In this document: in pieces, positions 28,764 through 38,848 of the stretch
Layout: the number at the start of each line of letters is the position of its first letter
Numbering within the stretch: the stretch's first letter is position 1
Source: a bacterium
GTDB taxonomy: Bacteria > Electryoneota > Electryoneia > Electryoneales > Electryoneaceae
Length of the DNA: 64,000 bases
Reading direction: 5' to 3'
Assembly: GCA_963675295.2 (NCBI GenBank)
Contig: CAXXKJ010000002.1
Span: forward strand, 1,632,001-1,696,000
Notes under the pieces: model-generated
The model's input: only the letters and a program-made list of their open reading frames with translations
Told to the model about the DNA's origin: nothing
The model's database searches: none
Made by a program: the position numbers and the translations under genes

Positions 28764-29684
28764 ATGTCGTTTCCCGCCCTGTTTACTCGTCCAGGCCCGA
28801 ATGGTTTCGGTTATGGCTCCACCGCGGAGCGAGTGACTGCTGGGCTGGATCTTTCAGACAAACACATCCTGCTAACCGGTGCCAATTCCGGGCTGGGCGC
28901 GGAGACGCTCCGTGTGCTGATCAAGCGTGGCGCGACGGTCTACGCCACCGGCCGGACGCAGGCGCGAGCGCGGGCTACATGTCATCCGTATGGCGAACGC
29001 GCCGTGCCGCTGGTCTGTGAACTGACCGAGCCGGCTTCGATCCGGTCGTGTGTCGCGGATCTGAAATCGCGCGGGGTGACGCTTGACGCGATCATCGGCA
29101 ACGCGGGTGTATTAGCGGTGCCGCAGCGGGAAACAATCCACGGTATCGAGCGCCAGTTTTTCACCAATCACATCGGCCATTTCATGCTGGTGACCGGGTT
29201 GCTGGACGTATTGGCCGAGGATGGACGCGTGGTCATGGTCAGTAGTTCCGCGCATCGCCGTCCTCCGCAGGGCGGGATTCAGTTCGACGCGCTGGACGGT
29301 TCAGGGTGGTACGATCCCTGGGCCGCCTATGGCCATTCGAAACTGGCGAATCTATTGTTCGCGAAGGCGCTGGCGAACCGTTTCACCGGGACAAAGCGGG
29401 TGTCCATCGCGGTACATCCGGGGGTGATCCGGACCAACCTCGTGCGTCACATGGCGTGGTGGGTGGTGCCGGTGATGCGTGTCATCGACTGGTTCGTGTT
29501 CAAGTCGCTGGCGGAAGGTGCCTCGACGCAGGTGTATGCGGCGGTGCACCCGGACGCGGCGCAGTTGAACGGCCGGTTTCTCGTCAATTGCAATGTCGCC
29601 CAGCCCGCCGCGCATGGCCGTGACGAGCAGATGGCGGAGCGGTTGTGGCAGGTGTCGGACAAGATCGTTGCTTCGCTGGATTGA
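28764..29684 (+). CDS. SDR oxidoreductase (retinol dehydrogenase/WWOX-like)
   Basis: TGANSGLG, NAG, YGHSK, HPGVIRT. Confidence 0.92.
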   Translation: MSFPALFTRPGPNGFGYGSTAERVTAGLDLSDKHILLTGANSGLGAETLRVLIKRGATVYATGRTQARARATCHPYGERAVPLVCELTEPASIRSCVADLKSRGVTLDAIIGNAGVLAVPQRETIHGIERQFFTNHIGHFMLVTGLLDVLAEDGRVVMVSSSAHRRPPQGGIQFDALDGSGWYDPWAAYGHSKLANLLFAKALANRFTGTKRVSIAVHPGVIRTNLVRHMAWWVVPVMRVIDWFVFKSLAEGASTQVYAAVHPDAAQLNGRFLVNCNVAQPAAHGRDEQMAERLWQVSDKIVASLD

Positions 29685-29774
29685 AGCTCCGCTTACGGCT
29701 GTCACGGCCTGTCGTCTTTTCGTGACATTTCTCGAGTCCGCTACCCAAACCTCTCTTCGTGCCCTAAGTTATGC

Positions 29775-31043
29775 ATGAAGCCTGGTTCTTCCATGGATCT
29801 CCGGATGGCATCAACATTCACACGTTTCCTGTTCCTGCTGCTCGCCACACTGCCGGCGCTGGGAGCGGTGTGTTCAGCGGAACCGTCGCTGCCCGCAAAG
29901 ACCGCCGTGGTCGGCTCGATCAAGAATCCAGACACCGGCAAGGGTGTGGACGGGGCGAAAGTATGGTACGACCCAGTTGACCTGGACGACCGTGTCGAAC
30001 AAGACCGGTTCTACAACTTCGCGGACGGAAAAGGCGTGTTCCTCGCCTATCTGTATCCGGGACGGTGGCGGATCACGTGCAAGGTTGCCGGGTACAGGGA
30101 AATCGTGGACGAGATTCGTGTTCGCAAGGATGGTCATGATCCGTGTAATTACATGCTCGAGCACTTGCCGCGGGGTTTGTACACGGAAAACCAACCGTCG
30201 CCCGGATACGCTCATTTCAGCGGGCTGGTAATTGACAATGACGTGCGTGTCGGCATTCCGGACGTGAGAGTCGAGTGCGAGCTGGGCACGTACACCACCG
30301 ACCGTGAGGGCCGGTTCAAGATCTACGACATCCCGCTCCACAAGCAGTCACTCACGCTCACCCACCCAGCCTACGAAACCAAAACACTGTCCATCGGCCC
30401 GATGAAAGAAGGGCAACTGGCCGGAAAAAAATTCTGGCTCGAGGTGTTGCCGTCCGAGTATGACAGCCTGACCTCGGATCCGGACGATTACGTAGTGCTG
30501 CGTGGGAAGGTGATTGACGGGCTGAGCCGTCTGCCTGTTAATGCACAGGTGAGTGTGGTCGCACCACGGTTGATCTTCTGGCCAGGCTACTGGCAGGATG
30601 GCGGTTCGTTTGAAATCACCGGGGTGCCGTTGGGCAAGCGGATGATCCTCGTGGAAACGGTTCGGGAACCTCCGTGGCACGCAATGCTCCCGGATACCCT
30701 GTTCATGCTGACGGTTGAGCCGACCGACACGTTGGACATCGAGATCGAGTTGCACATCAATTCCGGTCATGAGATCAAGCCTCTCCCGCCCGGCTGCATC
30801 GAGGGACAGGTGGTGAACTGGTACGGTGGTGATCCGATGGTGGAGTATCGGGTAAGCCTGCAAAGCTTGTATCACTGGACCAGAACCGACAGCGCCGGCC
30901 AGTTCCGGCTGGATCATGTGCCGGAGGGGGATCACGTGCTTCATATCAGCGATATGATGTTCTTCGACATGCGCCGGGAAATCGTTGTGCATGGAATCCA
31001 CGTATTCTCCGCGGACACGACACGAGTCAAGGTCAATTTCTGA
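29775..31043 (+). CDS. Secreted protein with tandem carboxypeptidase-regulatory-like (CarboxypepD_reg) domains
   Basis: Signal-like hydrophobic stretch; repeats G.V.D......V....TD..G.F.I..VP.G; start uncertain. Confidence 0.7.
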   Translation: MKPGSSMDLRMASTFTRFLFLLLATLPALGAVCSAEPSLPAKTAVVGSIKNPDTGKGVDGAKVWYDPVDLDDRVEQDRFYNFADGKGVFLAYLYPGRWRITCKVAGYREIVDEIRVRKDGHDPCNYMLEHLPRGLYTENQPSPGYAHFSGLVIDNDVRVGIPDVRVECELGTYTTDREGRFKIYDIPLHKQSLTLTHPAYETKTLSIGPMKEGQLAGKKFWLEVLPSEYDSLTSDPDDYVVLRGKVIDGLSRLPVNAQVSVVAPRLIFWPGYWQDGGSFEITGVPLGKRMILVETVREPPWHAMLPDTLFMLTVEPTDTLDIEIELHINSGHEIKPLPPGCIEGQVVNWYGGDPMVEYRVSLQSLYHWTRTDSAGQFRLDHVPEGDHVLHISDMMFFDMRREIVVHGIHVFSADTTRVKVNF

Positions 31044-32362
31044 TGGCTGCCAGGACGACAAACGGGACATTGCGGATCGCAAGGCGTGGGCTCATTTCCG
31101 TGTTCGTGTTGACGATTCTGCTCGTCTTTGCAGCTTCCGCGTTAGGGCAGGGATACGGCTTCTGGTACGAACGGGATGAACGAATCCAGCTTCGCCTTCG
31201 TTGTGTTGTCGAGGATGCGATCACCGGAATCCCGATTCCCGGGGTATCGGCTGCGGTGCTGGACACGAATCGTGAGGGTCGATACGGGAATTGCGATCAG
31301 GAAACCTCGGACCTGTATGGCCGTTTCCGCGTTGACTACAAGACTGAGCCCGGCCGCGTGCCCGTGCTACGGCTGACGGCCATTGGATACGATACACTAT
31401 GGATCCAGGACCCCGGCTGGACGGAATCCGAACCGCCGCTCGCAACCTGGCAGTTGCAGCCGGAAATTCTGACCGTGCCGCGTGTCGAAATTGACTATCC
31501 TGGACCGGTGAAAGACAGTCCATATGAAGCAGTGTTGCCGGATTTCGTGCTCGATTCCACGCGTCCATCTTACGGCAGGTTGGAGGTTTTCCTCGACAGC
31601 GAAGAGGATGCTGCTGCATGGACGCTGGAGATAGACCAGCGGCGGCATTCGTCAACAGCAGACCGTCATTGGCTCATCGCGCAACTCCCGGTGGATACCT
31701 GCCGGCTGGATTTCTACCGGGACGATGTCTGGATTGCAGCGCTGGATTCGGTGCCGGTGGGCGGGGCGTTAACGACGCACATCGCGATGCGTCCGCCGCG
31801 TGCGGGGGAGGATTCGGTTGCGAGCTATCGTGAGATCTGGCATTGGGTGGAACGGGACAGCGGCTTTGTCGACGAGGCGTGGCAGGAGACACAGCGTGGC
31901 GAGCGCATCGATTTCAGCCGCAGGCATTTCCCGTTAAAGGGTGGGATGGTGCTGGAAGTGCTGCACTTCGTTGCCGGCGATGATCCCAACCCTGCGATGT
32001 TTGGAACGGTCCACGCACTGATCACGCCAGTAGTCGGACCGCGCGGTGAGTTGCATGTGGAAGTGTTTGATGCCATTTCCGGGGAGTCTGCCAAAGGTGC
32101 AATCCTGATCCTGCCCTGCCATGATTTTGAGAATAGTGCTTCCTGGTGGGATCAGGTGTATTCCGGGCTGCCGGAGTTCACCTACCGGATGTTGGTGGCA
32201 GCGGATGGCTACACCACATTGGGTCCGATTGATACTCCGGTCGAAGCTGGCAATACGACCCTGATGACCGTTACGTTGTATCCGGATACACTTGCGGAGA
32301 CTGAATCCTCCGATACCGGTCTCGACAGCCAGGTTCGAATCGAGATCCTGCCTACACCGTGA
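31043..32362 (+). CDS. Secreted protein with carboxypeptidase-regulatory-like domains
   Basis: Signal ASALG-Q; VEDAITGIPIPGVS...SDLYGRF; TGATG coupling to the upstream gene. Confidence 0.65.
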   Translation: MAARTTNGTLRIARRGLISVFVLTILLVFAASALGQGYGFWYERDERIQLRLRCVVEDAITGIPIPGVSAAVLDTNREGRYGNCDQETSDLYGRFRVDYKTEPGRVPVLRLTAIGYDTLWIQDPGWTESEPPLATWQLQPEILTVPRVEIDYPGPVKDSPYEAVLPDFVLDSTRPSYGRLEVFLDSEEDAAAWTLEIDQRRHSSTADRHWLIAQLPVDTCRLDFYRDDVWIAALDSVPVGGALTTHIAMRPPRAGEDSVASYREIWHWVERDSGFVDEAWQETQRGERIDFSRRHFPLKGGMVLEVLHFVAGDDPNPAMFGTVHALITPVVGPRGELHVEVFDAISGESAKGAILILPCHDFENSASWWDQVYSGLPEFTYRMLVAADGYTTLGPIDTPVEAGNTTLMTVTLYPDTLAETESSDTGLDSQVRIEILPTP

Positions 32363-32380
32363 TAGCTCACTGAGGACGAC

Positions 32381-34744
32381 ATGCCTGCTTTATCCCTTCG
32401 CACGCGCCTGCTGGTCTTGTTCCTGCTGCTGCTCGTTCTGGTTCCAGGCAGCTACGCGACGGAAACCAACCGTCTCAGCGGCATGATTCTCGATGTGGCC
32501 GGGGCGCCGGTGGAGGCGGCGTCGATCACGCTGGAGGGTACGCGGTTCGGGGCGTACAGCCGGATGGACGGCTCGTTTGTGATCACCGGCGTACCGGCGG
32601 GATCGTATGAGCTGCTGGTCACGCACCTGAACTATGAACCGTTGCGCAAGCGGATAGACTTTTCTGGCGATCGGGGCACGCTGGACATCGGCACGCTTGT
32701 CCTGCACGCGGCGGTGACCAACTTGCCGGAGGCGACGTACACCGCGACACGTTCTTCGGTCAATCCGGCGGATGTGCCGCGGGCGACGGCTCAGGTCAAC
32801 GCCGCCGAGATCCGCTACCATCAGTCGCAGAGCACGGCGGAAGTGTTGCGTGAAACGCCCGGCGTGATGATTCAGAAGACGAGTCACGGCGGCGGGCACG
32901 CGATCGTGCGCGGGCTGACCTCGAACCGTGTGCTGTTGCTGGTGGATGGCATCCGGCTCAACAATTCGACCTACCGGCTGGGCAATCATCCGTACCTGGC
33001 GTTCGTCGATCCGCTGGCGGTGGATCAGCTGGACCTCGTACGCGGACCGGGGTCGGTGTTGTATGGCAGCGACGCGCTCGGTGGCACGATTAATCTGCGC
33101 ACTCGTTCCGCACCGTTCAGTGCGGACGGCCTGACCCTGTCCGGCGAGGCGACCGGCGGCTACCGCAGCGCAGATGAAGAGGTGCTCGGGCATGGGTCCG
33201 TGTCCCTGTCGAGCGAGTTGTGGAGCCTGTTCGTCAACGGCGGTTATTCAACGCGAAACGACCTCCGTCGCGGGGAGGAAGGCGATGCCGTGATGGACCC
33301 GGACCCGCCGACAACGCAATCCCCGACCGGGTTTGATGCTGGGTACGCGATGGGCACGTTCAAGTGGCGTTTTACCGATGCCAGCCTGCTCACCCTCAGC
33401 CATCAGTACACCGAGCGTCCCGAAGTGCCGCGCTACGACAAGTATGTCAACGGCGGCGACTATCGCTGGCTGTACACCGATCAGACGCGCCGGTTGAGCT
33501 ACGCCAGCGTCGATTCCCGAATCGGGTTGCCGTGGCTGCGGTCGGTTCATGGCAAGCTGTCCTACCAGTTGCAGACCGAAGGCCGGTCAACACAGGGCAC
33601 GCCGCTCGATGACCGGGTGGACGAGTATGACGAGACCGGCACGATTGGCATCGACCTTAGCGGGGAGTGGGAGGCGGGCCGCTTCGAGGGCGCGTACGGG
33701 TTCGATTTGTACCACGACAACGTGTCCAGCGAGAGCGAGACGATCACCCCGGGCGGGTCGGTGACTCCGGCCGCGCGTGGCCGCTACCCGGATGGCGCAA
33801 CCTACACCTCCACCGGGCTGTTCACGCAGCAGCAGGCGCATCTGACTCAGTCGCTGATTGTGCAGGCGGGTCTTCGCTACAGCATGTTCTCGACTGAATT
33901 TGACACTCCGGGCGACCTGCCGTTTGATGCGGTCGATCTCGAGTTCAGCGCGTTGACGGCATCCGCAGGGCTGGTCTACCAGTTGTTACCGTCCGCGTCA
34001 GTGTACACCAGCGTCGCGCAGGGATTCCGTGCGCCGAATTTGGGCGACATGGCGAAGCTGGGTGAGTCGAAAGGCTCGACGTTTGAGGTGCCGAACCCGG
34101 ACCTCGACCCGGAAGCGGTGGTAACGGTTGAACTCGGCACCCGGGTGCAGTCGTCCCGGCTGTCGCTGGACGCGTCCCTGTTCTACACGTCGCTGACGAA
34201 CACGATTTCCGGCGTCCCGGCGACGTGGAACGGCGCGGATACGGTGGTTGTGGCGGGGCAAACGTTTGACGTCCGCACCCGTGACAATACTGGCGAGGCG
34301 TACATCTACGGGGTCGAATGGGGCAGCCGTGTGCAGCTCCCGGCGAACCTGCAGTGGCGGGCGACGGTGACGCATGCGTACGGCCAGAACACCACGCTGG
34401 ACGAACCATTCGATGGCATTCAGCCACTGACGGGCTACACCGGGCTGGTGTACATGCACCCGTCTCGCGGGCTGATCGTGGAACCGTATCTGCGCTTCGC
34501 GACAAAGCAGGATCGGCTGTCGTCGGACGATCTCGAGGATTCCCGCATCCCCGGAGGGGGCACACCCGGCTGGTACACGCTGAATGTGCGGTCACAGCTG
34601 CGAATCGACGATCATTTCACCCTGAACCTGGCGCTGGAGAATTTGCTCGACCGCAACTATCGCGTGCACGCGTCCGGCATCAACGCGCCCGGCCGGCAGG
34701 TGGTGCTGTCTCTCAGGATGATGACCGGATCGCTGGGCCTGTAG
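32381..34744 (+). CDS. TonB-dependent receptor
   Basis: CarboxypepD-like N-domain, plug VRGL..NRVLLLVDGIRLN, RGPGSVLYGSDALGG, QGFRAPN, NLLDRNY. Confidence 0.93.
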   Translation: MPALSLRTRLLVLFLLLLVLVPGSYATETNRLSGMILDVAGAPVEAASITLEGTRFGAYSRMDGSFVITGVPAGSYELLVTHLNYEPLRKRIDFSGDRGTLDIGTLVLHAAVTNLPEATYTATRSSVNPADVPRATAQVNAAEIRYHQSQSTAEVLRETPGVMIQKTSHGGGHAIVRGLTSNRVLLLVDGIRLNNSTYRLGNHPYLAFVDPLAVDQLDLVRGPGSVLYGSDALGGTINLRTRSAPFSADGLTLSGEATGGYRSADEEVLGHGSVSLSSELWSLFVNGGYSTRNDLRRGEEGDAVMDPDPPTTQSPTGFDAGYAMGTFKWRFTDASLLTLSHQYTERPEVPRYDKYVNGGDYRWLYTDQTRRLSYASVDSRIGLPWLRSVHGKLSYQLQTEGRSTQGTPLDDRVDEYDETGTIGIDLSGEWEAGRFEGAYGFDLYHDNVSSESETITPGGSVTPAARGRYPDGATYTSTGLFTQQQAHLTQSLIVQAGLRYSMFSTEFDTPGDLPFDAVDLEFSALTASAGLVYQLLPSASVYTSVAQGFRAPNLGDMAKLGESKGSTFEVPNPDLDPEAVVTVELGTRVQSSRLSLDASLFYTSLTNTISGVPATWNGADTVVVAGQTFDVRTRDNTGEAYIYGVEWGSRVQLPANLQWRATVTHAYGQNTTLDEPFDGIQPLTGYTGLVYMHPSRGLIVEPYLRFATKQDRLSSDDLEDSRIPGGGTPGWYTLNVRSQLRIDDHFTLNLALENLLDRNYRVHASGINAPGRQVVLSLRMMTGSLGL

Positions 34745-34886
34745 CCCGTTTCTGAATTCTGACGGTTGAGCGTGTATATTGAAACGGTGGCGGGTGTGGG
34801 ATTCCAAGGTTGATGTTCCGCGTTCCGCGGCTTGCAACAGTGTTGCTATGAACTGATATGTACTGAAATTACGTGAGGTGGATGCT

Positions 34887-37685
34887 ATGAACCGTCCAAT
34901 CCTGCTGACCTGTTTGACCCTTCTGCTCGCGACTTCCCTCAGCTTCGCGGAGATCGGCTATTTCGGCTACGAAACCGAGGTCTACGACTCCGATCAGAAC
35001 ATGTCGGTCATCGATCTCGCGGACTTTGACGGTGACGGCTACCGCGACCTGGTCCGTGGATCATTCGGCCATTCCAACCTGCAGGTTCTCCAACGCTACT
35101 CGTTTTCGAGTGTCGGCTTTCACCTGGAGGGGAACCTGTACTATTCAGAGTCGACGATCTCCGTGGTCCGTACGCCGGACATGAACGACGATGGTCTGCC
35201 GGACGTGGTCGCGGCGGCTTCGGGTGACGGCAGCATCGTCTGGTGGCGAAACCTCGGCGATGACTTCGAGTTTTCCACGATGATCGAGATTACCGAAAAC
35301 CAGGGTGTGCGCGATCTTGATTTCGCGGATTTTGACGGCGACGGCCTGCTGGATATCGTTGCCGCAGCCAATGACAGTGAATCGCTGTTCCTGATGTTGC
35401 AGAACAGCCCGACCGATTTCACGCGGCAGGCGGTTGCGGTGCAGGATACGGTGATGCGTGATGTGACGGTTGGCGACCTGGACGGCGATGGGGACATTGA
35501 CATCGTCTCGGCGATCCCGAACGCTTTGGTGATCTGGGAAAACGACGGGGCGGCGTCGTTCACCCGTCACAATCTCGATCCGTTCGGCGGCATCCGGGCG
35601 ATTGATATCGCGGATCTCGATGGCGACGGCGACCTCGATCTGCTGGCGGGGTCGCATGTGCTGGGCACGATTCGCACGTGGGAGAATACCGGCGGTGAGT
35701 TTGTCGAACGGACCTTCCAGGCCGATTGCGAAAGTCTGATCTCGATGCGCAGCGCGGATCTGGATTATGACGGCGACATCGATATTCTGTATGCGATGCA
35801 CGACACTCAGACGATCATGGTGGCGGAAAACATCGGACCGTGGCAGTTCCGGCTGGTCGAGGTGACTGGAACGTTTAACGAACCGCTGCAGGTGATCCCG
35901 ATTGAAGCCGACAACGATACCGATGTGGATATTGCCGCGATCACCCGGAACCCGTCGAAGATGAGCTACTGGCTGTTGCACCGTCCGTCCGACTGGGACG
36001 AAGAGGTTGTAATGGATGAGTTTGGCGTTGCGTGGTCGTTGACGGGAACTGATATGGACGACGATGGCGACGTTGATCCGGTCGTCTCCGGTGCAGATCC
36101 CGGACGGGTTTCGATCCTTGAAAATGATGGCTCCGGCGAATTCACCGAGCACCAGATCTACGGCTACCAGCATTTCTCATTGCAGGTCGCGGATTTCAAC
36201 GTGGACGGCCAGCCGGATGTCGCCGGGATATATACCACCGGCGGCTATCGTGTCCGTGTCTTCCTGAACGAGGGAGACTTCGAGTTTAGCCAGGAATTGC
36301 TGCCGGGTGTTGTTGAATCCATGCGCATGATCGCGGTTGCTGACATGAACGGCGACGGTTTTCCGGATATCGTCTGCGAGGACCATGAGGTGATGATCCT
36401 CTACACCTACTTCGGTGACGGGACCGGCCAGTTCGACCGGGAACAGGTGCATGATTTCGCGGATGGAGGCTACAAGTATGTCATCGTGCCATGCGACATT
36501 GACGGGGATGGCGATAACGATCTGTTTATCAGCCTGGACGACTACCAGCCCGGCTGGCTGGAAAACCCGGGGAACGGATTGTCCTACACCCCGCACGTCA
36601 TAGACGGGTTGGGCTCCTCGTATTTTGAAGATGGCAAGGCCTGCGACTGGGACCAGGACGGCGACCAGGATCTGATCATTGCCTATGACGATCAGGCCCG
36701 GCTGGAAATTCTCGAGAATGACGGTGCCGGGAATTTCACGGTGCATACGTACGAGGACACTCACTCATTTGCCTCCGACATCTGGCTGACCGATGTGGAT
36801 GTTGACGGCGACCTGGATATCTGCGCCAGTGGGTATTCGATCAGCAGCGTGTACTGGTACGAGAACACGAATCCGGCGGAGTTCGAGCTGGCGGAGCATT
36901 TCGTCACCGACCGCTACCGGCTGCCGAACGATATCTTCGCCGCGCCGCTGGACGGTGATGCAGCGCCCGACATCATGAACCTTAACGGCGGCATCGAGAG
37001 TGAGGTTCTGGCGCTGTACCACAGCCCGCTCGACATCGCACCGCATCCGCAAATTCAGTTGGTTCCGTTCAATCCGCCGATTGTGCTGCCGCCGATCGGG
37101 GGCGATGTGGTGTATGATGCGCGTCTGACCAACCCGACCACGGAGTTGTTTACCGGGCAGGCGTGGTCCGAACTGCTGCTGCCGAACGGACAGCTGCAGC
37201 CGTTGCGCACGGTTGATGTGGAACTGGACCCCGGCGGACAACTTGAGCAGCAGTATCTGGTAGAACACATTCCGGGTTACGCGCCGGCTGGACTGTACAC
37301 CTTCACCGCGTATGTCGGGCAGTATCCGGGTGTGGTTGACGACGAATCCAGCTTCTCGTTTACCAAGCTGGCGGCGCTGGTTCCGGCGGGATCGGGTGGG
37401 GCAGCGGCGAGTGCGTTGCCGGATCACCTGGCGATGACCTGTTCGCCGAACCCGTTCAACGCGATGTCCACGCTCAAGCTGGCGTTACCGCAAGCGGGCG
37501 AGGTGCGGGTGATCGTGTACGATCTGCTTGGCCGGCAGGTGTCGGTGTTGGCGGATGGGATCACGCGGGCTGGCTACCATCACTATACCCTTGACGCGTC
37601 GGCGTTGGCCAGCGGAATGTATTTTGTGACCGTGGACGCGAAGGGGAGTGGTCAGATCACACGCAAGGTGATGGTGATGAAGTAG
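34887..37685 (+). CDS. FG-GAP/VCBS-repeat secreted protein with T9SS sorting domain
   Basis: More than 10 DxDGDGDxD repeats, SPNPFN...ASGMYFV tail. Confidence 0.9.
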   Translation: MNRPILLTCLTLLLATSLSFAEIGYFGYETEVYDSDQNMSVIDLADFDGDGYRDLVRGSFGHSNLQVLQRYSFSSVGFHLEGNLYYSESTISVVRTPDMNDDGLPDVVAAASGDGSIVWWRNLGDDFEFSTMIEITENQGVRDLDFADFDGDGLLDIVAAANDSESLFLMLQNSPTDFTRQAVAVQDTVMRDVTVGDLDGDGDIDIVSAIPNALVIWENDGAASFTRHNLDPFGGIRAIDIADLDGDGDLDLLAGSHVLGTIRTWENTGGEFVERTFQADCESLISMRSADLDYDGDIDILYAMHDTQTIMVAENIGPWQFRLVEVTGTFNEPLQVIPIEADNDTDVDIAAITRNPSKMSYWLLHRPSDWDEEVVMDEFGVAWSLTGTDMDDDGDVDPVVSGADPGRVSILENDGSGEFTEHQIYGYQHFSLQVADFNVDGQPDVAGIYTTGGYRVRVFLNEGDFEFSQELLPGVVESMRMIAVADMNGDGFPDIVCEDHEVMILYTYFGDGTGQFDREQVHDFADGGYKYVIVPCDIDGDGDNDLFISLDDYQPGWLENPGNGLSYTPHVIDGLGSSYFEDGKACDWDQDGDQDLIIAYDDQARLEILENDGAGNFTVHTYEDTHSFASDIWLTDVDVDGDLDICASGYSISSVYWYENTNPAEFELAEHFVTDRYRLPNDIFAAPLDGDAAPDIMNLNGGIESEVLALYHSPLDIAPHPQIQLVPFNPPIVLPPIGGDVVYDARLTNPTTELFTGQAWSELLLPNGQLQPLRTVDVELDPGGQLEQQYLVEHIPGYAPAGLYTFTAYVGQYPGVVDDESSFSFTKLAALVPAGSGGAAASALPDHLAMTCSPNPFNAMSTLKLALPQAGEVRVIVYDLLGRQVSVLADGITRAGYHHYTLDASALASGMYFVTVDAKGSGQITRKVMVMK

Positions 37686-37733
37686 AGCGAAGCCCACGCA
37701 TGGCTTGTCAGGTAATTCGGTTGATACAAGAAC

Positions 37734-37765
37734 TCAGCCCCACGGAACCATTTCCGCGGGGCTGA
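37734..37765. terminator. Hairpin between convergent genes
   Basis: TCAGCCCC.CGGAA / TTCCG.GGGGCTGA. Confidence 0.6.
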
Positions 37766-37795
37766 TTCAGGTCATGTAGCTTGAATGGGTACGAC

Positions 37796-38509
37796 TCAGT
37801 CGAACGCCATCTCCGGTTTCCACTCTTTCCAGACTTCGCCAGCGAGGGTAAAGCCGGGTTTCAGCGTGGGTTTGCCGGGCTGCCAGCCGGAGGGAGTGAC
37901 TTCCCCGGTCTTGACCACGTGCTGGAAGGCTTTCACCTGGCGGATCAGTTCGGACACATTGCGGCCGACTTCCGGGGTCAGCACTTCCATCGCGCGGATG
38001 TTGAAGTCCGGGTCGATGATGAAGCGTCCGCGGATGTCGACGCCGGCGGCCTCTTCGTACACGCCGTACGCACGTCCGATACTGCCGCTGGCATCGGAAA
38101 GCATCGGGAACGGAACCCCGCCCTCGACCATCTTCTCAAGCTCTTCCTTCTGCCAGATCTTGTGGGTGAAATGGGAATCGGTGCTGACGGCAAGAACCGT
38201 CACGCCGAGCTCTTTCAGTTCATCGTATTTGACCGCGACCGCGGTCAGTTCGGTCGGTCAAACGAAGGTGAAATCGCCCGGATAGAAACACAGGACGATC
38301 CATTCTCCCTTATGGTCGGAAAGCTTGACCTGCTTGGCTTGACCCTGATGAAAGGCATTGGCGACAAAATCGGGCGCCGGATGACCGACACGTGCACTCA
38401 TGAAACGTATTCCTCCGTTTTCAGCGGGTGGGGTTTCCGATTTCTGCTGCGGTTCGGGTTCCTGAATCGCGCCCTCGACAGGCGTCAGGCATCCCTCCTT
38501 TTCAGGCAT
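37796..38509 (-). CDS. prxU: Selenocysteine-containing AhpC/Prx1-type peroxiredoxin (237 aa, Sec at TGA 38258-38260)
   Basis: Two track ORFs are in the same frame and join as [23 protein letters not shown], with U at the peroxidatic Cys position; SECIS-like hairpin follows. Confidence 0.92.
38230..38247 (-). promoter_or_regulatory. Bacterial SECIS element
   Basis: UGACCGC-GGUC-GCGGUCA perfect 7-bp stem starting 10 nt after the UGA. Confidence 0.85.
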
Positions 38510-38848
38510 ACGTGTTCCTCCCTCCGTGTTAGCTTGTTTGTGGTGAAGACTATGTGATGAATATAACGAGAGCCGAGTCAACTGCAAAGCTGGGAGGGAC
38601 AAGAGCGAAGGTGAATCCGAGGTATACGTCAATCCGTCGGGGCAAATTCTGGCTTGAAAACGGATCAGGTGAAACTTCGCTGGCATATGAGACGAACAAT
38701 TCCCCGTGAGTTGTCCAGCCGGGGTTAGTGTATGTACAATGAGCGTATCAGCTACCAGGGTTGCGGACATCCCCGTGTTCACACTTGGTGGTTGAGAATT
38801 CTGCATGGATAATCACGTACTACAGAACAATGACACCTGGGGGATTCG

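Noticed and set aside
37796-38806. Peroxiredoxin pseudogene or two separate ORFs
   Set aside because: The stop falls exactly on the catalytic position and is followed by a SECIS; the extension to 38806 lacks support, while ATG 38509 follows GGAGG
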